Shown here in pieces: positions 18,841 to 27,522 of a stretch of DNA of 30,000 nucleotides. How positions within the stretch are numbered: the first letter of the stretch is position 1; the number at the start of each line of letters is the position of its first letter. The DNA comes from Serratia sp. (in: enterobacteria) (lineage in GTDB: Bacteria; Pseudomonadota; Gammaproteobacteria; Enterobacterales; Enterobacteriaceae): contig NZ_JBOFZA010000076.1 in the NCBI RefSeq assembly GCF_051654945.1, forward strand, positions 19,279-49,278, written 5' to 3'. Made by a program: the position numbers and the translations under genes. Below the pieces are notes generated by a model that ran no database searches, was not told the DNA's origin, and worked only from the letters and a program-made list of their open reading frames with translations.

Positions 18841-19992
18841 ATGGATTTTTCTTTAACCGAAGAGCAGGAGCTGTTGCTGGCCAGTATTCGGGAACTGATC
18901 GGCAATAACTTTTCGGAGGAGTATTTCCGCACCTGCGATCAGACCTCAACCTATCCTCGCGAGTTTATGCGCGCACTGGCCGATAGCGGTATTTCCCTGT
19001 TGGGTGTGCCAGAAGAATTCGGCGGCATTCCGGCTGACTATGTCACCCAGATGCTGGCGTTGATGGAAGTCTCCAAATGCGGTGCACCGGCGTTCCTGAT
19101 CACCAACGGCCAGTGTATTCACAGCATGCGCCGTTTCGGTTCTGCCGAACAGTTGCGCAAGACGGCTGAAAGCACGCTGGAGACCGGCGATCCGGCGTAT
19201 GCGCTGGCCCTGACCGAACCGGGCGCAGGCTCGGACAACAGCGCCGCCACCACCACCTACACCCGTAAAAATGGCAAAGTGTATCTGAACGGGCAAAAAA
19301 CCTTCATCACCGGTGCCAAAGAATACCCGTATATGCTGGTACTGGCGCGCGATCCCGAGCCGAAAGATCCGAAAAAGGCCTTCACCCTGTGGTGGATGGA
19401 ATCCAACAAGCCGGGCATCAAGGTCAATCCGCTGCACAAGATCGGCTGGCATATGCTCAGCACCTGCGAAGTTTACCTCGATAACGTTGAGGTGGATGAG
19501 AGCGATATGGTCGGCGAAGAAGGCATGGGTTTCCTCAACGTGATGTACAACTTTGAGATGGAACGCCTGATCAATGCCGCACGCAGCGCCGGTTTCGCCG
19601 AGTGCGCATTTGAGGACGCCGCCCGTTACGCCAACCAGCGTATCGCCTTTGGCAAACCGATCGGCCATAACCAGATGATCCAGGAAAAGCTGGCACTGAT
19701 GGCGATCAAAGTCGACAACATGCGCAATATGGTGATGAAAGTGGCTTGGCAAGCGGATCAGAAACAGTCACTACGTACCAGCGCCGCCCTGTGTAAGCTC
19801 CACTGCGCCCGTACGGCCATGGAAGTCATCGATGACGCCATTCAGATTATGGGTGGGCTGGGCTATACGGATGAGGCGCGGGTTTCCCGCTTCTGGCGCG
19901 ACGTACGCTGCGAAAGGATTGGCGGCGGCACCGATGAAATCATGATTTACATTGCTGGCCGCCAGATCCTGAAAGACTACCAGAGCAAATAA
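18841..19992 (+). CDS. ydiO: Acyl-CoA dehydrogenase (383 aa)
   Basis: MDFSLTEEQELL..SIRELI...; ACAD fold motifs (LTEPGAGSD, ...GGGTDEIM...). AAGGAG lies upstream. The position after ydiF matches E. coli. Confidence 0.92.
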   Translation: MDFSLTEEQELLLASIRELIGNNFSEEYFRTCDQTSTYPREFMRALADSGISLLGVPEEFGGIPADYVTQMLALMEVSKCGAPAFLITNGQCIHSMRRFGSAEQLRKTAESTLETGDPAYALALTEPGAGSDNSAATTTYTRKNGKVYLNGQKTFITGAKEYPYMLVLARDPEPKDPKKAFTLWWMESNKPGIKVNPLHKIGWHMLSTCEVYLDNVEVDESDMVGEEGMGFLNVMYNFEMERLINAARSAGFAECAFEDAARYANQRIAFGKPIGHNQMIQEKLALMAIKVDNMRNMVMKVAWQADQKQSLRTSAALCKLHCARTAMEVIDDAIQIMGGLGYTDEARVSRFWRDVRCERIGGGTDEIMIYIAGRQILKDYQSK

Positions 19993-20001
19993 GGCCATAA
20001 A

Positions 20002-20030
20002 GCGCCAGGATACGGCCTGCATCCTGGCGC
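20002..20030. terminator. 10-bp-stem hairpin between the convergent ydiO and ydiP genes
   Basis: GCGCCAGGAT (20002-20011) pairs with ATCCTGGCGC (20021-20030) across a 9-nt loop, in the 52-bp gap between converging stops. Confidence 0.55.
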
Positions 20031-20044
20031 AAGGCAAAGCCGAT

Positions 20045-20929
20045 TTACCCCAGTAAATACTCTTGTTCCGCCAAGCTGTTGTTGAATTGCTTACGATAAT
20101 CACTTGGGGAGCAACCCACATGGCGCATAAATAACTTGGCAAAATGATCGACGTTTTCGTACCCTACCCGCCAGGCAATCTCATTAAGGCTGTTATCGGT
20201 ATTAGTCAGTGTAAATTTGGCCTCGGTAATGCGGCGCTGAATAACGTAGTTAATCGGCGAGATATGATATTCCCTGGCAAACTCATGACAGATATAACTG
20301 ACGCTGGCGCGGAACTTTTTTGCTAATTGTTCAAGCGTGATCTTTTCATGATAGTTATTATTCAAATAGACCAACACATCTTTCACCAGCACGTCTTTTT
20401 TAATGTACCCCAGCTCCGAACGATAAGCGTTTTTAAAGTTCTCATAAAAAAGCGCAGTTAAGGTATAACCATAGGCATCATAAATTGATGAGGTCAGCTC
20501 ATTTTTCTGCTGGGGTAATCTCACGCCCAACTCATGGAAAATGGTTTTTATCACCTCGACACCTTGCCCGACGGAAACCACCGGACAGGAGTGAGGCTGC
20601 AAAACCTGATTCTCTTCCCAGCCCGGAAACTTGAAGCCATGGATGGCACAGGTATAGGTAGTGGCCGGGGAGGCGCTGTCCGAAGCCACCGCGTGCAGGC
20701 GGCCGGGCTCAATAACCACGATATCACCGGCATGTGCCACATAGTAAGAGGAGTCGATGACCAGTCTGGCGACACCCTTTTTAACGTAAATCAGCTCACT
20801 TTCATTATGATGCACATGGTGCCCAGACTCCCAGTTAGGATCGTCACTGATGACAAACCGCGAGAGTTTTGGCGTCATTCCCTGCTCAAAAAGGGCGTCT
20901 TTTTTATTATCGAAACAGCGCTGAAACAT
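20045..20929 (-). CDS. ydiP: AraC/XylS-family transcriptional regulator with an N-terminal cupin domain (294 aa from the ATG at 20929)
   Basis: C-terminal dual HTH (ITLEQLAKKFRASVSYICHEFAREY..SPINYVIQRRITEAKF.L..T..SL.EIAWRVGYENVDHFAKLFMRHVGCSPSDYRK). GGAGG lies 5 nt upstream of the ATG at 20929. The ORF-track start at 20941 is a GTG that contains that SD. Confidence 0.85.
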   Translation of the reverse strand: MFQRCFDNKKDALFEQGMTPKLSRFVISDDPNWESGHHVHHNESELIYVKKGVARLVIDSSYYVAHAGDIVVIEPGRLHAVASDSASPATTYTCAIHGFKFPGWEENQVLQPHSCPVVSVGQGVEVIKTIFHELGVRLPQQKNELTSSIYDAYGYTLTALFYENFKNAYRSELGYIKKDVLVKDVLVYLNNNYHEKITLEQLAKKFRASVSYICHEFAREYHISPINYVIQRRITEAKFTLTNTDNSLNEIAWRVGYENVDHFAKLFMRHVGCSPSDYRKQFNNSLAEQEYLLG

Positions 20930-21292
20930 GGCAACCTCCACACAAAACAGTTGGCTTTGGCAAAATGATCAGTGGCTAAAATAGAGCGACAGAAAACAAT
21001 ATACAATATGCCCTCAGGGGACTAAAACAAGATAGTTTGCCCAGCATGCAAGATGGCACGAAAATAAAGTCACTACGCTCGCGCCGTCGGCTTACCCTCG
21101 CTCACTGGCAGACCTTTTTCCCGCAAAACAATCCATCCGTTATTAGCGGTTTTTTTGCAAGATTGTTGGCAACGAAAACAGATTATCCAGTCGTAAATCC
21201 TCCTGCGCACTCGCAATATATTGTCATGCTTTTTTGTTCTTTCCGCTGACATAACGCTCTCTGCCGCCAGCGAGCGACCAACAGGAGATGCC

Positions 21293-22057
21293 ATGAAAAT
21301 AATAACCTGCTTTAAGCTGGTCCCCGAAGAGCAAGATATTGTGGTTACCGCACAACGTACGCTCAACTTCGATCACGCCGAAGCCAAAATCAGCCAGTTC
21401 GATTTGAATGCGATTGAGGCGGCGACCCAGTTGGCAACCGAGAACGATCAGATTACCGCGCTCAGCGTGGGCGGCTCGCTGCTGCAAAACTCCAAGGTGC
21501 GTAAAGACGTGCTGTCACGCGGCCCTCACGAACTTTATCTGGTTCAGGATGCGCAGTTGGAAAACGCGCTGCCGATGGATACCGCGCACGCGCTGGCCGC
21601 CGCCGCAGATAAGATCGGCTTTGACCTGATGCTGTTTGGCGAAGGTTCCGGGGATTTATACGCTCAGCAGGTGGGCCTGCTGGTCGGGGAGATCCTGCAA
21701 CTCCCTACCGTGAACGCCGTCAGCAATATTCAATTTGCCGGTGACCATGTGCTGGTTGAGCGCACGCTTGAAGAAGAAGTTGAGGTCCTTGAACTGCCAC
21801 TTCCTGCGGTTATCTGCGTAACCTCAGACATTAACGTTCCCCGTATACCATCGATGAAAGCGATCCTCGGCGCCGGGAAAAAACCGGTCAATCAATGGCA
21901 GGCCAATGATATTGCCTGGAGCCAGACGCCGCCGTTAGCCGAACTCATTGAGATCACCGTACCGCCGCAGAAACAACGCCAACGCATCATTCTGGAAAAC
22001 GACTCGCCGGAAGCCATTAGCGAATTGGCAGACCATCTGAAAAAAGCGCTGAACTAA
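21293..22057 (+). CDS. ydiQ: Electron transfer flavoprotein, beta-subunit-like (254 aa)
   Basis: MKIITCFKLVPEEQDIVV... has the same length as E. coli YdiQ. AGGAG lies 6 nt upstream of the ATG at 21293. The ORF-track start at 21221 adds 24 unsupported codons. Confidence 0.9.
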   Translation: MKIITCFKLVPEEQDIVVTAQRTLNFDHAEAKISQFDLNAIEAATQLATENDQITALSVGGSLLQNSKVRKDVLSRGPHELYLVQDAQLENALPMDTAHALAAAADKIGFDLMLFGEGSGDLYAQQVGLLVGEILQLPTVNAVSNIQFAGDHVLVERTLEEEVEVLELPLPAVICVTSDINVPRIPSMKAILGAGKKPVNQWQANDIAWSQTPPLAELIEITVPPQKQRQRIILENDSPEAISELADHLKKALN

Positions 22058-22079
22058 CCCACGACTGGAGAAAATCATC

Positions 22080-23030
22080 ATGAGTAAACTGACAAACGTA
22101 TGGGTGTTCAGCGATAACGTTGAGCGCTACGGCGAACTGATGACCGGTGCACGCCAGTGGGGCGAACACGTCTACGCTATCGTGCAGGACAACGAACAGG
22201 TTGCCAGGCTCAAGTCTCTGGGCGCAGACGGCATCTACGTGCTGGAGAAAACCGCCGCCCTGCAACGTATCGAGAACTATGCCGAAACCCTGGCCGCCAT
22301 CCTGAAAGAGGTGAACGGTGAACAAACTCCGGCCTTGGTGCTAATGGCAGCGACCAAGCGCGCTAAAGCACTGACCGCGCGCCTTGGCGTGCTGCTGAAC
22401 GCAGCGGTGGTGAACGATGTGACTGCCGTACACGTCGATGGGGCTGACTTTATCGCCGAACACCGCATGTACGGCGGGCTGGCCTTCGGTAAAGAGAAAA
22501 TCAATACCGCCACCGCCATCATCACCCTGGCTCCCGGCGTGATGGAGCCTGCCGCCGCCGACCCGGCGCATGACTGCCTGGTGACTCAGCTCAGCTACGT
22601 TGCTCCGCGCCAGGAAATTCTCTGCAAAGAGCGCCGTACCAAAGCGTTGAGTAGCGTCGACCTCAGCAAGGCCAAACGCGTGGTCGGTGTGGGACGCGGG
22701 CTGGCGGCGCAGGACGATCTGAAAATGGTTCATGATCTGGCTGCCTTACTCGGAGCGGAAGTTGGCTGTTCTCGTCCTATCGCCGAGGGCGAAAACTGGA
22801 TGGAACGTGAGCGCTATATCGGTGTATCCGGCGTGCAGCTGAAATCCGATCTTTACCTGATGTTGGGCATTTCCGGGCAGATCCAGCATATGGTCGGCGG
22901 CAACGGCGCCAAGATCATTATCGCGGTGAATAAGGACAAGAATGCCCCGATCTTCAACTATGCCGATTACGGCCTGGTGGGCGACATTTATAAAGTGGTC
23001 CCAGCCCTGATCGACCAGTTAGGACGTTAA
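22080..23030 (+). CDS. ydiR: Electron transfer flavoprotein, alpha-subunit-like (316 aa)
   Basis: EtfA/FixB-like C-terminal FAD-binding region (GVSGQIQHMVG...II.AVNKD.NAPIF..ADYG.VGD). GGAG RBS. Gene order matches E. coli. Confidence 0.9.
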   Translation: MSKLTNVWVFSDNVERYGELMTGARQWGEHVYAIVQDNEQVARLKSLGADGIYVLEKTAALQRIENYAETLAAILKEVNGEQTPALVLMAATKRAKALTARLGVLLNAAVVNDVTAVHVDGADFIAEHRMYGGLAFGKEKINTATAIITLAPGVMEPAAADPAHDCLVTQLSYVAPRQEILCKERRTKALSSVDLSKAKRVVGVGRGLAAQDDLKMVHDLAALLGAEVGCSRPIAEGENWMERERYIGVSGVQLKSDLYLMLGISGQIQHMVGGNGAKIIIAVNKDKNAPIFNYADYGLVGDIYKVVPALIDQLGR

Positions 23031-23090
23031 CCCTTTGATTCACCGCACGCATCTCGCTGCATATCGGCGGCGAGATAGGGAGCATAAAGC

Positions 23091-24380
23091 ATGTCGGATG
23101 ATAAATTTGATGCCATCGTGGTCGGCGCTGGCGTTGCAGGCGCCGTAGCCAGCTACGTGATGGCGCAGGCCGGGTTGGATGTACTGGTCATCGAACGTGG
23201 CAACAGCGCGGGCAGTAAGAATATGACCGGGGGGCGTCTGTATGCCCATAGCCTGGAAAGCATCATGCCCGGGTTCGCGCAGGAAGCGCCGGTAGAGCGC
23301 AAAGTCACCCGCGAGAAGATCTCATTTATGACGGAGAAAAGCGCCGTCACGCTCGATTTTCATAGCGAGAAACCGGACGTTGCCGCCCAGGCGTCTTATA
23401 CCGTGCTGCGCAATCGCTTCGATCCCTGGTTGATGGAGAAAGCCGAACAGGCCGGAGCGCAGTTGATCTCGGGTGTTCGGGTTGATGGACTGATACGTGA
23501 AGGTAATCAGGTCACTGGCGTGCAGGCGGGCGAGGATATCCTGAAGGCCGATGTGGTGATCCTGGCCGACGGCGTGAACTCCATGCTTGGCCGCTCGATT
23601 AACCTGGTGCCACCGTCATCGCCACATCACTATGCCGTCGGCGTCAAAGAGCTGATCGGCTTGTCCCCTGCGGTGATCGAAGACCGTTTTAATCTTTCGG
23701 GCAATGACGGTGCCGCCTGGCTGTTCGCCGGTTCCCCGTCTAACGGCCTGATGGGGGGCGGATTTCTCTACACCAATCGGGACTCTATCTCCCTCGGGCT
23801 GGTATGCGGCCTGGGGGAAATTGGCCATGCGGGGAAAAGCGTGCCCCAGATGCTTGAAGACTTTAAGCAACACCCTTCCATTCGCCCGCTGATCCAGGGC
23901 GGCAAGCTGCTGGAATACGGCGCACATCTGGTTCCTGAGGGCGGCAAGGCGATGGTGCCAACGCTGGCCGACGGCGGCGTGATGATCGTCGGCGATGCGG
24001 CAGGATTTTGCCTGAACCTGGGCTTTACCATCCGCGGCATGGATCTCGCCATTGCATCTGCCCAGGCCGCCGCCAAAACGGCCATCGCGGCCAGGCAGCG
24101 GCAGAACTTTTCCGCCAGCAGTCTGGGGGAATATAAGCACGCGCTGGAGCAGAACTGCGTGATGCATGAGCTGCACCACTTCCGCAAAATCCCGGCGCTG
24201 ATGGAAAACCCACGCCTGTTTACACAATATCCGCGCATGGTCGCGGACATCATGGCTGATATGTTCATCATCGATGGCCGCCCCACTCAGCCGATGCGCA
24301 AGTCCCTGATGAAAAGGGTGAAACAGATTGGCTTGATGAATTTAGTGAAAGACGGCATCAAAGGGGCGACAGCGCTATGA
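23091..24380 (+). CDS. ydiS: FixC-like FAD-dependent oxidoreductase (ETF-quinone oxidoreductase family), 429 aa
   Basis: N-terminal dinucleotide-binding motif FDAIVVGAGVAGAVA, then FixC-like sequence throughout. Gene order matches E. coli. Confidence 0.9.
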   Translation: MSDDKFDAIVVGAGVAGAVASYVMAQAGLDVLVIERGNSAGSKNMTGGRLYAHSLESIMPGFAQEAPVERKVTREKISFMTEKSAVTLDFHSEKPDVAAQASYTVLRNRFDPWLMEKAEQAGAQLISGVRVDGLIREGNQVTGVQAGEDILKADVVILADGVNSMLGRSINLVPPSSPHHYAVGVKELIGLSPAVIEDRFNLSGNDGAAWLFAGSPSNGLMGGGFLYTNRDSISLGLVCGLGEIGHAGKSVPQMLEDFKQHPSIRPLIQGGKLLEYGAHLVPEGGKAMVPTLADGGVMIVGDAAGFCLNLGFTIRGMDLAIASAQAAAKTAIAARQRQNFSASSLGEYKHALEQNCVMHELHHFRKIPALMENPRLFTQYPRMVADIMADMFIIDGRPTQPMRKSLMKRVKQIGLMNLVKDGIKGATAL

Positions 24381-24670
24381 GCAGCGAAAATCCGGTCAAC
24401 GTAGACGTCAAGCTGGGCATCAACAAGTTTCATGTTAATGAGGGCCATCCGCACATCATTCTGGTGGATAACCCCGATATGGGGGAGTTCCGCAAGCTGG
24501 TGCTGGCCTGCCCTGCCGGGCTGTATAAACAAGACAGCGCGGGCAATATCCATTTCGATTCCGCCGGCTGTCTGGAGTGTGGCACCTGCCGCGTGCTGTG
24601 CGGCGATACCATTCTGGAGCAGTGGGAATATCCTCTGGGGACGTTTGGCGTCGAGTTCCGCTACGGGTGA
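24377..24670 (+). CDS. ydiT: FixX-like ferredoxin (97 aa)
   Basis: ATGA start/stop overlap with ydiS. Cys-rich motif C.ECGTCRV.C. Confidence 0.9.
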   Translation: MSSENPVNVDVKLGINKFHVNEGHPHIILVDNPDMGEFRKLVLACPAGLYKQDSAGNIHFDSAGCLECGTCRVLCGDTILEQWEYPLGTFGVEFRYG

Positions 24671-24673
24671 TCG

Positions 24674-24849
24674 CCCCTCACCCCAGCCCTCTCCCACAGG
24701 GAGAGGGAGCTGGTACGGTGATAGAGGCAGTTACTGCGATCTACCTGCAGTCCTCCGTAAAACGACTCGGTAGCCCAGGTCGATTTCGGCAACCCATAGC
24801 AAACTCGATCGGTCCCCTCTCCCTTTGGGAGAGGGTTAGGGTGAGGGGC
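24674..24849. repeat. BoxC/REP-like hairpin-ended element, copy 3 (176 bp, MITE-like)
   Basis: The left end is CCCCTCACCCCAGCCCTCTCCCACAGGGAGAGGGAGC. The right end is GATCGGTCCCCTCTCCCTTTGGGAGAGGGTTAGGGTGAGGGG, in inverted orientation. It fills the ydiT-fadK spacer. Confidence 0.85.
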
Positions 24850-24909
24850 AATTTTCACCGGACCAGAACATTTCAACATCCCCCAGAAATAATGAATAGA
24901 GATAAACCA

Positions 24910-26550
24910 ATGAGTGTCACGATAAAACTCGATCCTGAACGCCGGGCCAAATACCGCCAGCAAGGCTTCTGGGGCGATGCCTCCCTGGCCGATTACTGGC
25001 ATCAAACCAGGCAGGCCATGCCGGAAAAGATTGCCGTGATCGACAATCGGGGAACCTCCTACACCTATGCTGCCCTCGATCACGCGGCAAGTTGCCTGGC
25101 TGCGTGGTTAATTTCCCGTGGTATACAACCGGGCGACCGCGTCGCCTTTCAGCTCCCCGGCTGGTGCGAATTTACCGTGATCTACCTGGCCTGCCTGAAA
25201 GCCGGTGCCGTTTCCGTTCCGCTGCTCCCCTCTTGGCGAGAGTCAGAGCTGGTCTGGGTGCTGAACAAATGCCAGGCCAAGGTGCTGTTCGCACCGACCT
25301 CATTCAGGAATAGCCGCCCGATCGACCTTATTTTACCGCTGCGCGATCAACTGCCGGGTCTGCTGGAGGTCATTGCCGTCGATAAACTGTCGCCCGCCAC
25401 CAATACGTTGGCCCTTAGCCAGTTGCTGCGCGACACTCCACCGCTAACCACTCCGGTCAGCACGCAGGGCGATGAACTGGCCGCCGTGCTGTTCACCTCC
25501 GGTACCGAGGGCAAACCCAAAGGCGTGATGCTGACGCACAACAATATCCTGGCCAGCGAGCGTGCCTACTGCGCACGGCTCAATCTGACCTGGCTCGATA
25601 CCTTCCTGATGCCTGCTCCCTTGGGGCATGCCACCGGTTTTTTGCACGGCGTGACGGCCCCCTTTCTGATTGGCGCACGCAGCGTACTGCTGGATATATT
25701 TAATCCACTTGATTGCCTTGCCCTGCTGCAACAAGAGCGCTGTACTTGCGTGCTCGGAGCAACCCCCTTTGTCTATGATCTGTTATGCACCCTGCAACAG
25801 CAGCCGCACGACATTTCATCGCTGCGCTTCTTCCTGTGCGGTGGCACCACCATCCCGAAAAAAATTGCCCGGGATTGCCTGCAAATGGGCATCAAACTGC
25901 TCAGCGTTTATGGCTCGACGGAAAGCTCGCCCCACGCGGTGGTCAACCTGGACGATCCCCTTTCCCGCGTGCTCAACAGCGACGGTTTTGCCGCACCTGG
26001 GGTAGAGATCAAAGTGGTGGATGAAAATCGTGACCAACTCCCCAACGGCGAAGAAGGCGAAGAAGCCTCGCGTGGCCCCAACGTATTTATGGGCTATCTG
26101 GATGAACCCGAGCTGAGCGCCCGTGCGCTGGATGAGGATGGCTGGTATTACAGCGGCGATCTGTGCCGGATGGATGCTGATGGCTATATCAAAATTACCG
26201 GGCGCAAAAAGGATATTATCGTGCGCGGTGGCGAGAATATCAGCAGCCGCGAAGTGGAAGATATTCTGATGCAACACCCGCGCATCCATGATGCCGCAAT
26301 TGTCGCCATGCCGGATGAGCGATTAGGGGAAAGATCCTGCGCCTACGTGGTGCTTAAGGCCGCATACGGCTCACTCACCCTAAAGGAGATCATTGCTTTC
26401 TTTGGCCGCAAACGGGTCGCCAAATACAAATACCCCGAACACCTGGTGGTGGTGGACAGCCTGCCGCGTAATGCCTCGGGCAAGATACAAAAATTCCTGT
26501 TACGCCAGGATATCATCCAGCGTCTCGGTGAAGAGGTGCTGTCTCATTGA
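24910..26550 (+). CDS. fadK: Short/medium-chain acyl-CoA synthetase (546 aa from the ATG at 24910)
   Basis: ...YRQQGFWGDASLADYWHQT...; AMP-binding motif LFTSGTEGKPKGVMLTHNN; ...GEEASRGPNVFMGY..., ITGRKKDIIVRGGENISSREVE, and a C-terminal SGKIQKFLLR. Colinear with E. coli FadK (YdiD). An alternative in-frame ATG lies at 24892. The 657-aa ORF-track version reads through the repeat element and is rejected. Confidence 0.88.
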   Translation: MSVTIKLDPERRAKYRQQGFWGDASLADYWHQTRQAMPEKIAVIDNRGTSYTYAALDHAASCLAAWLISRGIQPGDRVAFQLPGWCEFTVIYLACLKAGAVSVPLLPSWRESELVWVLNKCQAKVLFAPTSFRNSRPIDLILPLRDQLPGLLEVIAVDKLSPATNTLALSQLLRDTPPLTTPVSTQGDELAAVLFTSGTEGKPKGVMLTHNNILASERAYCARLNLTWLDTFLMPAPLGHATGFLHGVTAPFLIGARSVLLDIFNPLDCLALLQQERCTCVLGATPFVYDLLCTLQQQPHDISSLRFFLCGGTTIPKKIARDCLQMGIKLLSVYGSTESSPHAVVNLDDPLSRVLNSDGFAAPGVEIKVVDENRDQLPNGEEGEEASRGPNVFMGYLDEPELSARALDEDGWYYSGDLCRMDADGYIKITGRKKDIIVRGGENISSREVEDILMQHPRIHDAAIVAMPDERLGERSCAYVVLKAAYGSLTLKEIIAFFGRKRVAKYKYPEHLVVVDSLPRNASGKIQKFLLRQDIIQRLGEEVLSH

Positions 26551-26561
26551 TTATCCAGATG

Positions 26562-26579
26562 GGCGCAGCAGGCTGCGCC
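26562..26579. terminator. GC hairpin between convergent fadK and the secreted-protein gene
   Basis: GGCGCAGC (26562-26569) and GCTGCGCC (26572-26579) are perfect complements; effectively a 7-bp stem with a 4-nt loop. No flanking T-run on either strand. Confidence 0.35.
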
Positions 26580-26597
26580 TCAACGGCTTGACCGATC

Positions 26598-27188
26598 TTA
26601 CTTTTTAGCGGGTTCGGCATGTATTTCTAGCAAATCGGTATAGGTCACCACCACGCTCTGATTCACCTTCAGATCTTTCAGGCGAGCCTGGATCGCAGGA
26701 TCTTCAACGGCAATGACTTTCTGACGCCCCGCAGGCCCTTCAAAGGTCACCTGGTGCTTGTTAAGATCAATATGCGTGATCTTCAAGGTCACATTGACCT
26801 GATGTATCGCGTTGACGTTGGGATTAGGGTTGTTCTTGGTCGCGTTGCTTTCTTCTTTATAGCTGGTGATCGTCGGGGCCGCCTTACTCAGATCGGTATC
26901 AAGCTTAACAATACGTGAGCGAACCACCGTGGCCTGGATCGTATCCCCCGCCTTTAGGTTGGTTAAATCCTTTTCCTGATCGGTCAGTTTAAAACTGACG
27001 TTATGCCCTTCTGCACCAGCCAAAACCACGACGCGGTTTTGTTGGTCGACCGAGACCACTTTCGCGGCGAACTGATCCGTTTGCACCTCACCAGCCAAAG
27101 GAACAATGTCTGCGTAAGCTGAAGTGATGCTGATGGCAAGAAGGGAAAATGCAGTGGAGGCTTTAATCAACGAACGGATAACTTTCAT
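26598..27188 (-). CDS. Secreted/periplasmic protein of unknown function with an internal two-fold duplication (196 aa)
   Basis: Sec-type signal peptide MKVIRSLIKASTAFSLLAISITSAYA/DI. Two similar beta-rich modules: (a) VVSVDQQNRVVVLAGAEGHNVSFKL....LTNLKAGDTIQATV; (b) ITHIDLNKHQVTFEGPAGRQKVIAV....LKDLKVNQSVVVTY. AAGGA RBS. I cannot name the family. Confidence 0.75.
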   Translation of the reverse strand: MKVIRSLIKASTAFSLLAISITSAYADIVPLAGEVQTDQFAAKVVSVDQQNRVVVLAGAEGHNVSFKLTDQEKDLTNLKAGDTIQATVVRSRIVKLDTDLSKAAPTITSYKEESNATKNNPNPNVNAIHQVNVTLKITHIDLNKHQVTFEGPAGRQKVIAVEDPAIQARLKDLKVNQSVVVTYTDLLEIHAEPAKK

Positions 27189-27364
27189 TATACAACGATC
27201 CTTAATGATAAAGAGTCGGTCGGATAGAAATGCATATTTCAGGTAGCCATGGATAACTAGCCAACGTCATGATGCATTTAACCCACATGGCATTGAATCA
27301 CCACGCTAACCATACCACAGTTGTCATATTCAAAACCTTTTCCACGGGCTGAAACGAGCCAAAA

Positions 27365-27377
27365 GGCACGTCATGCC
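27365..27377 (-). terminator. Weak hairpin plus T-run downstream of the tRNA-like gene
   Basis: The minus strand reads GGCA-TGACG-TGCC followed by TTTTGG, about 65 nt beyond the tRNA 3' end. The stem is only 4 bp. Confidence 0.25.
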
Positions 27378-27440
27378 CATTAGTCACAAAGCCGGTAACG
27401 GCAAATAAAATTGATAGGTTCCGACAGGAAGAATGAAAGG

Positions 27441-27513
27441 CTCTGGCAACAGGGCTCGAACCTGTGTCCAGTCGGTCCGAGAGCCGACTGCTCTACCACT
27501 GAGCTATACCAGA
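27441..27513 (-). tRNA. tRNA-like gene with a canonical body but an 8-nt anticodon loop (CUCUCGGA). No encoded CCA. Isotype undetermined; the 3' half of the loop is Arg-like.
   Basis: Manual fold of the minus strand:
- Acceptor stem TCTGGTA/TGCCAGA (7 bp, one G-U)
- U8 A9
- D stem GCTC/GAGC, loop AGTGGTA
- A26
- Anticodon stem GTCGG/CCGAC, loop CTCTCGGA (8 nt)
- Variable loop TGGAC
- T stem ACAGG/CCTGT, loop TTCGAGC
- Discriminator G, followed by CCT
Conserved U8, A14, G18G19, A21, T54-T55-C56 and A58 are all present. Confidence 0.7.
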
Positions 27514-27522
27514 GTTAGGGCT

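Noticed and set aside
18946-19752. Long antisense ORFs inside well-supported genes: 268 aa opposite ydiO; also 16160-16720 opposite aroD, 23616-24286 opposite ydiS, and 25816-26289 opposite fadK
   Set aside because: They lie opposite genes with full-length, colinear matches to known proteins. Their translations are Arg/Gly/His/Ala-rich low-complexity sequence, typical of the antisense frame of GC-rich coding DNA. No RBS is evident.
24577-24909. The 657-aa ORF-track version of fadK, with 111 extra N-terminal codons that overlap ydiT
   Set aside because: The extension is translated from the 176-bp BoxC/REP-like repeat (PSPLPQGEGAG, PLSLWERVRVRG) and overlaps the 3' end of ydiT. Similarity to E. 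coli FadK begins at MSVTIKL (24910). It is a read-through artefact of an open frame across a repeat.
27441-27513. The tRNA-like gene as a genomic-island attachment site or a leftover half-tRNA (attR-type pseudogene)
   Set aside because: The cloverleaf is complete rather than a 3' fragment. There is no integrase and no direct repeat of its 3' half in the window, and it has its own promoter. Sequence beyond 30000 is not visible, so island integration elsewhere cannot be excluded.
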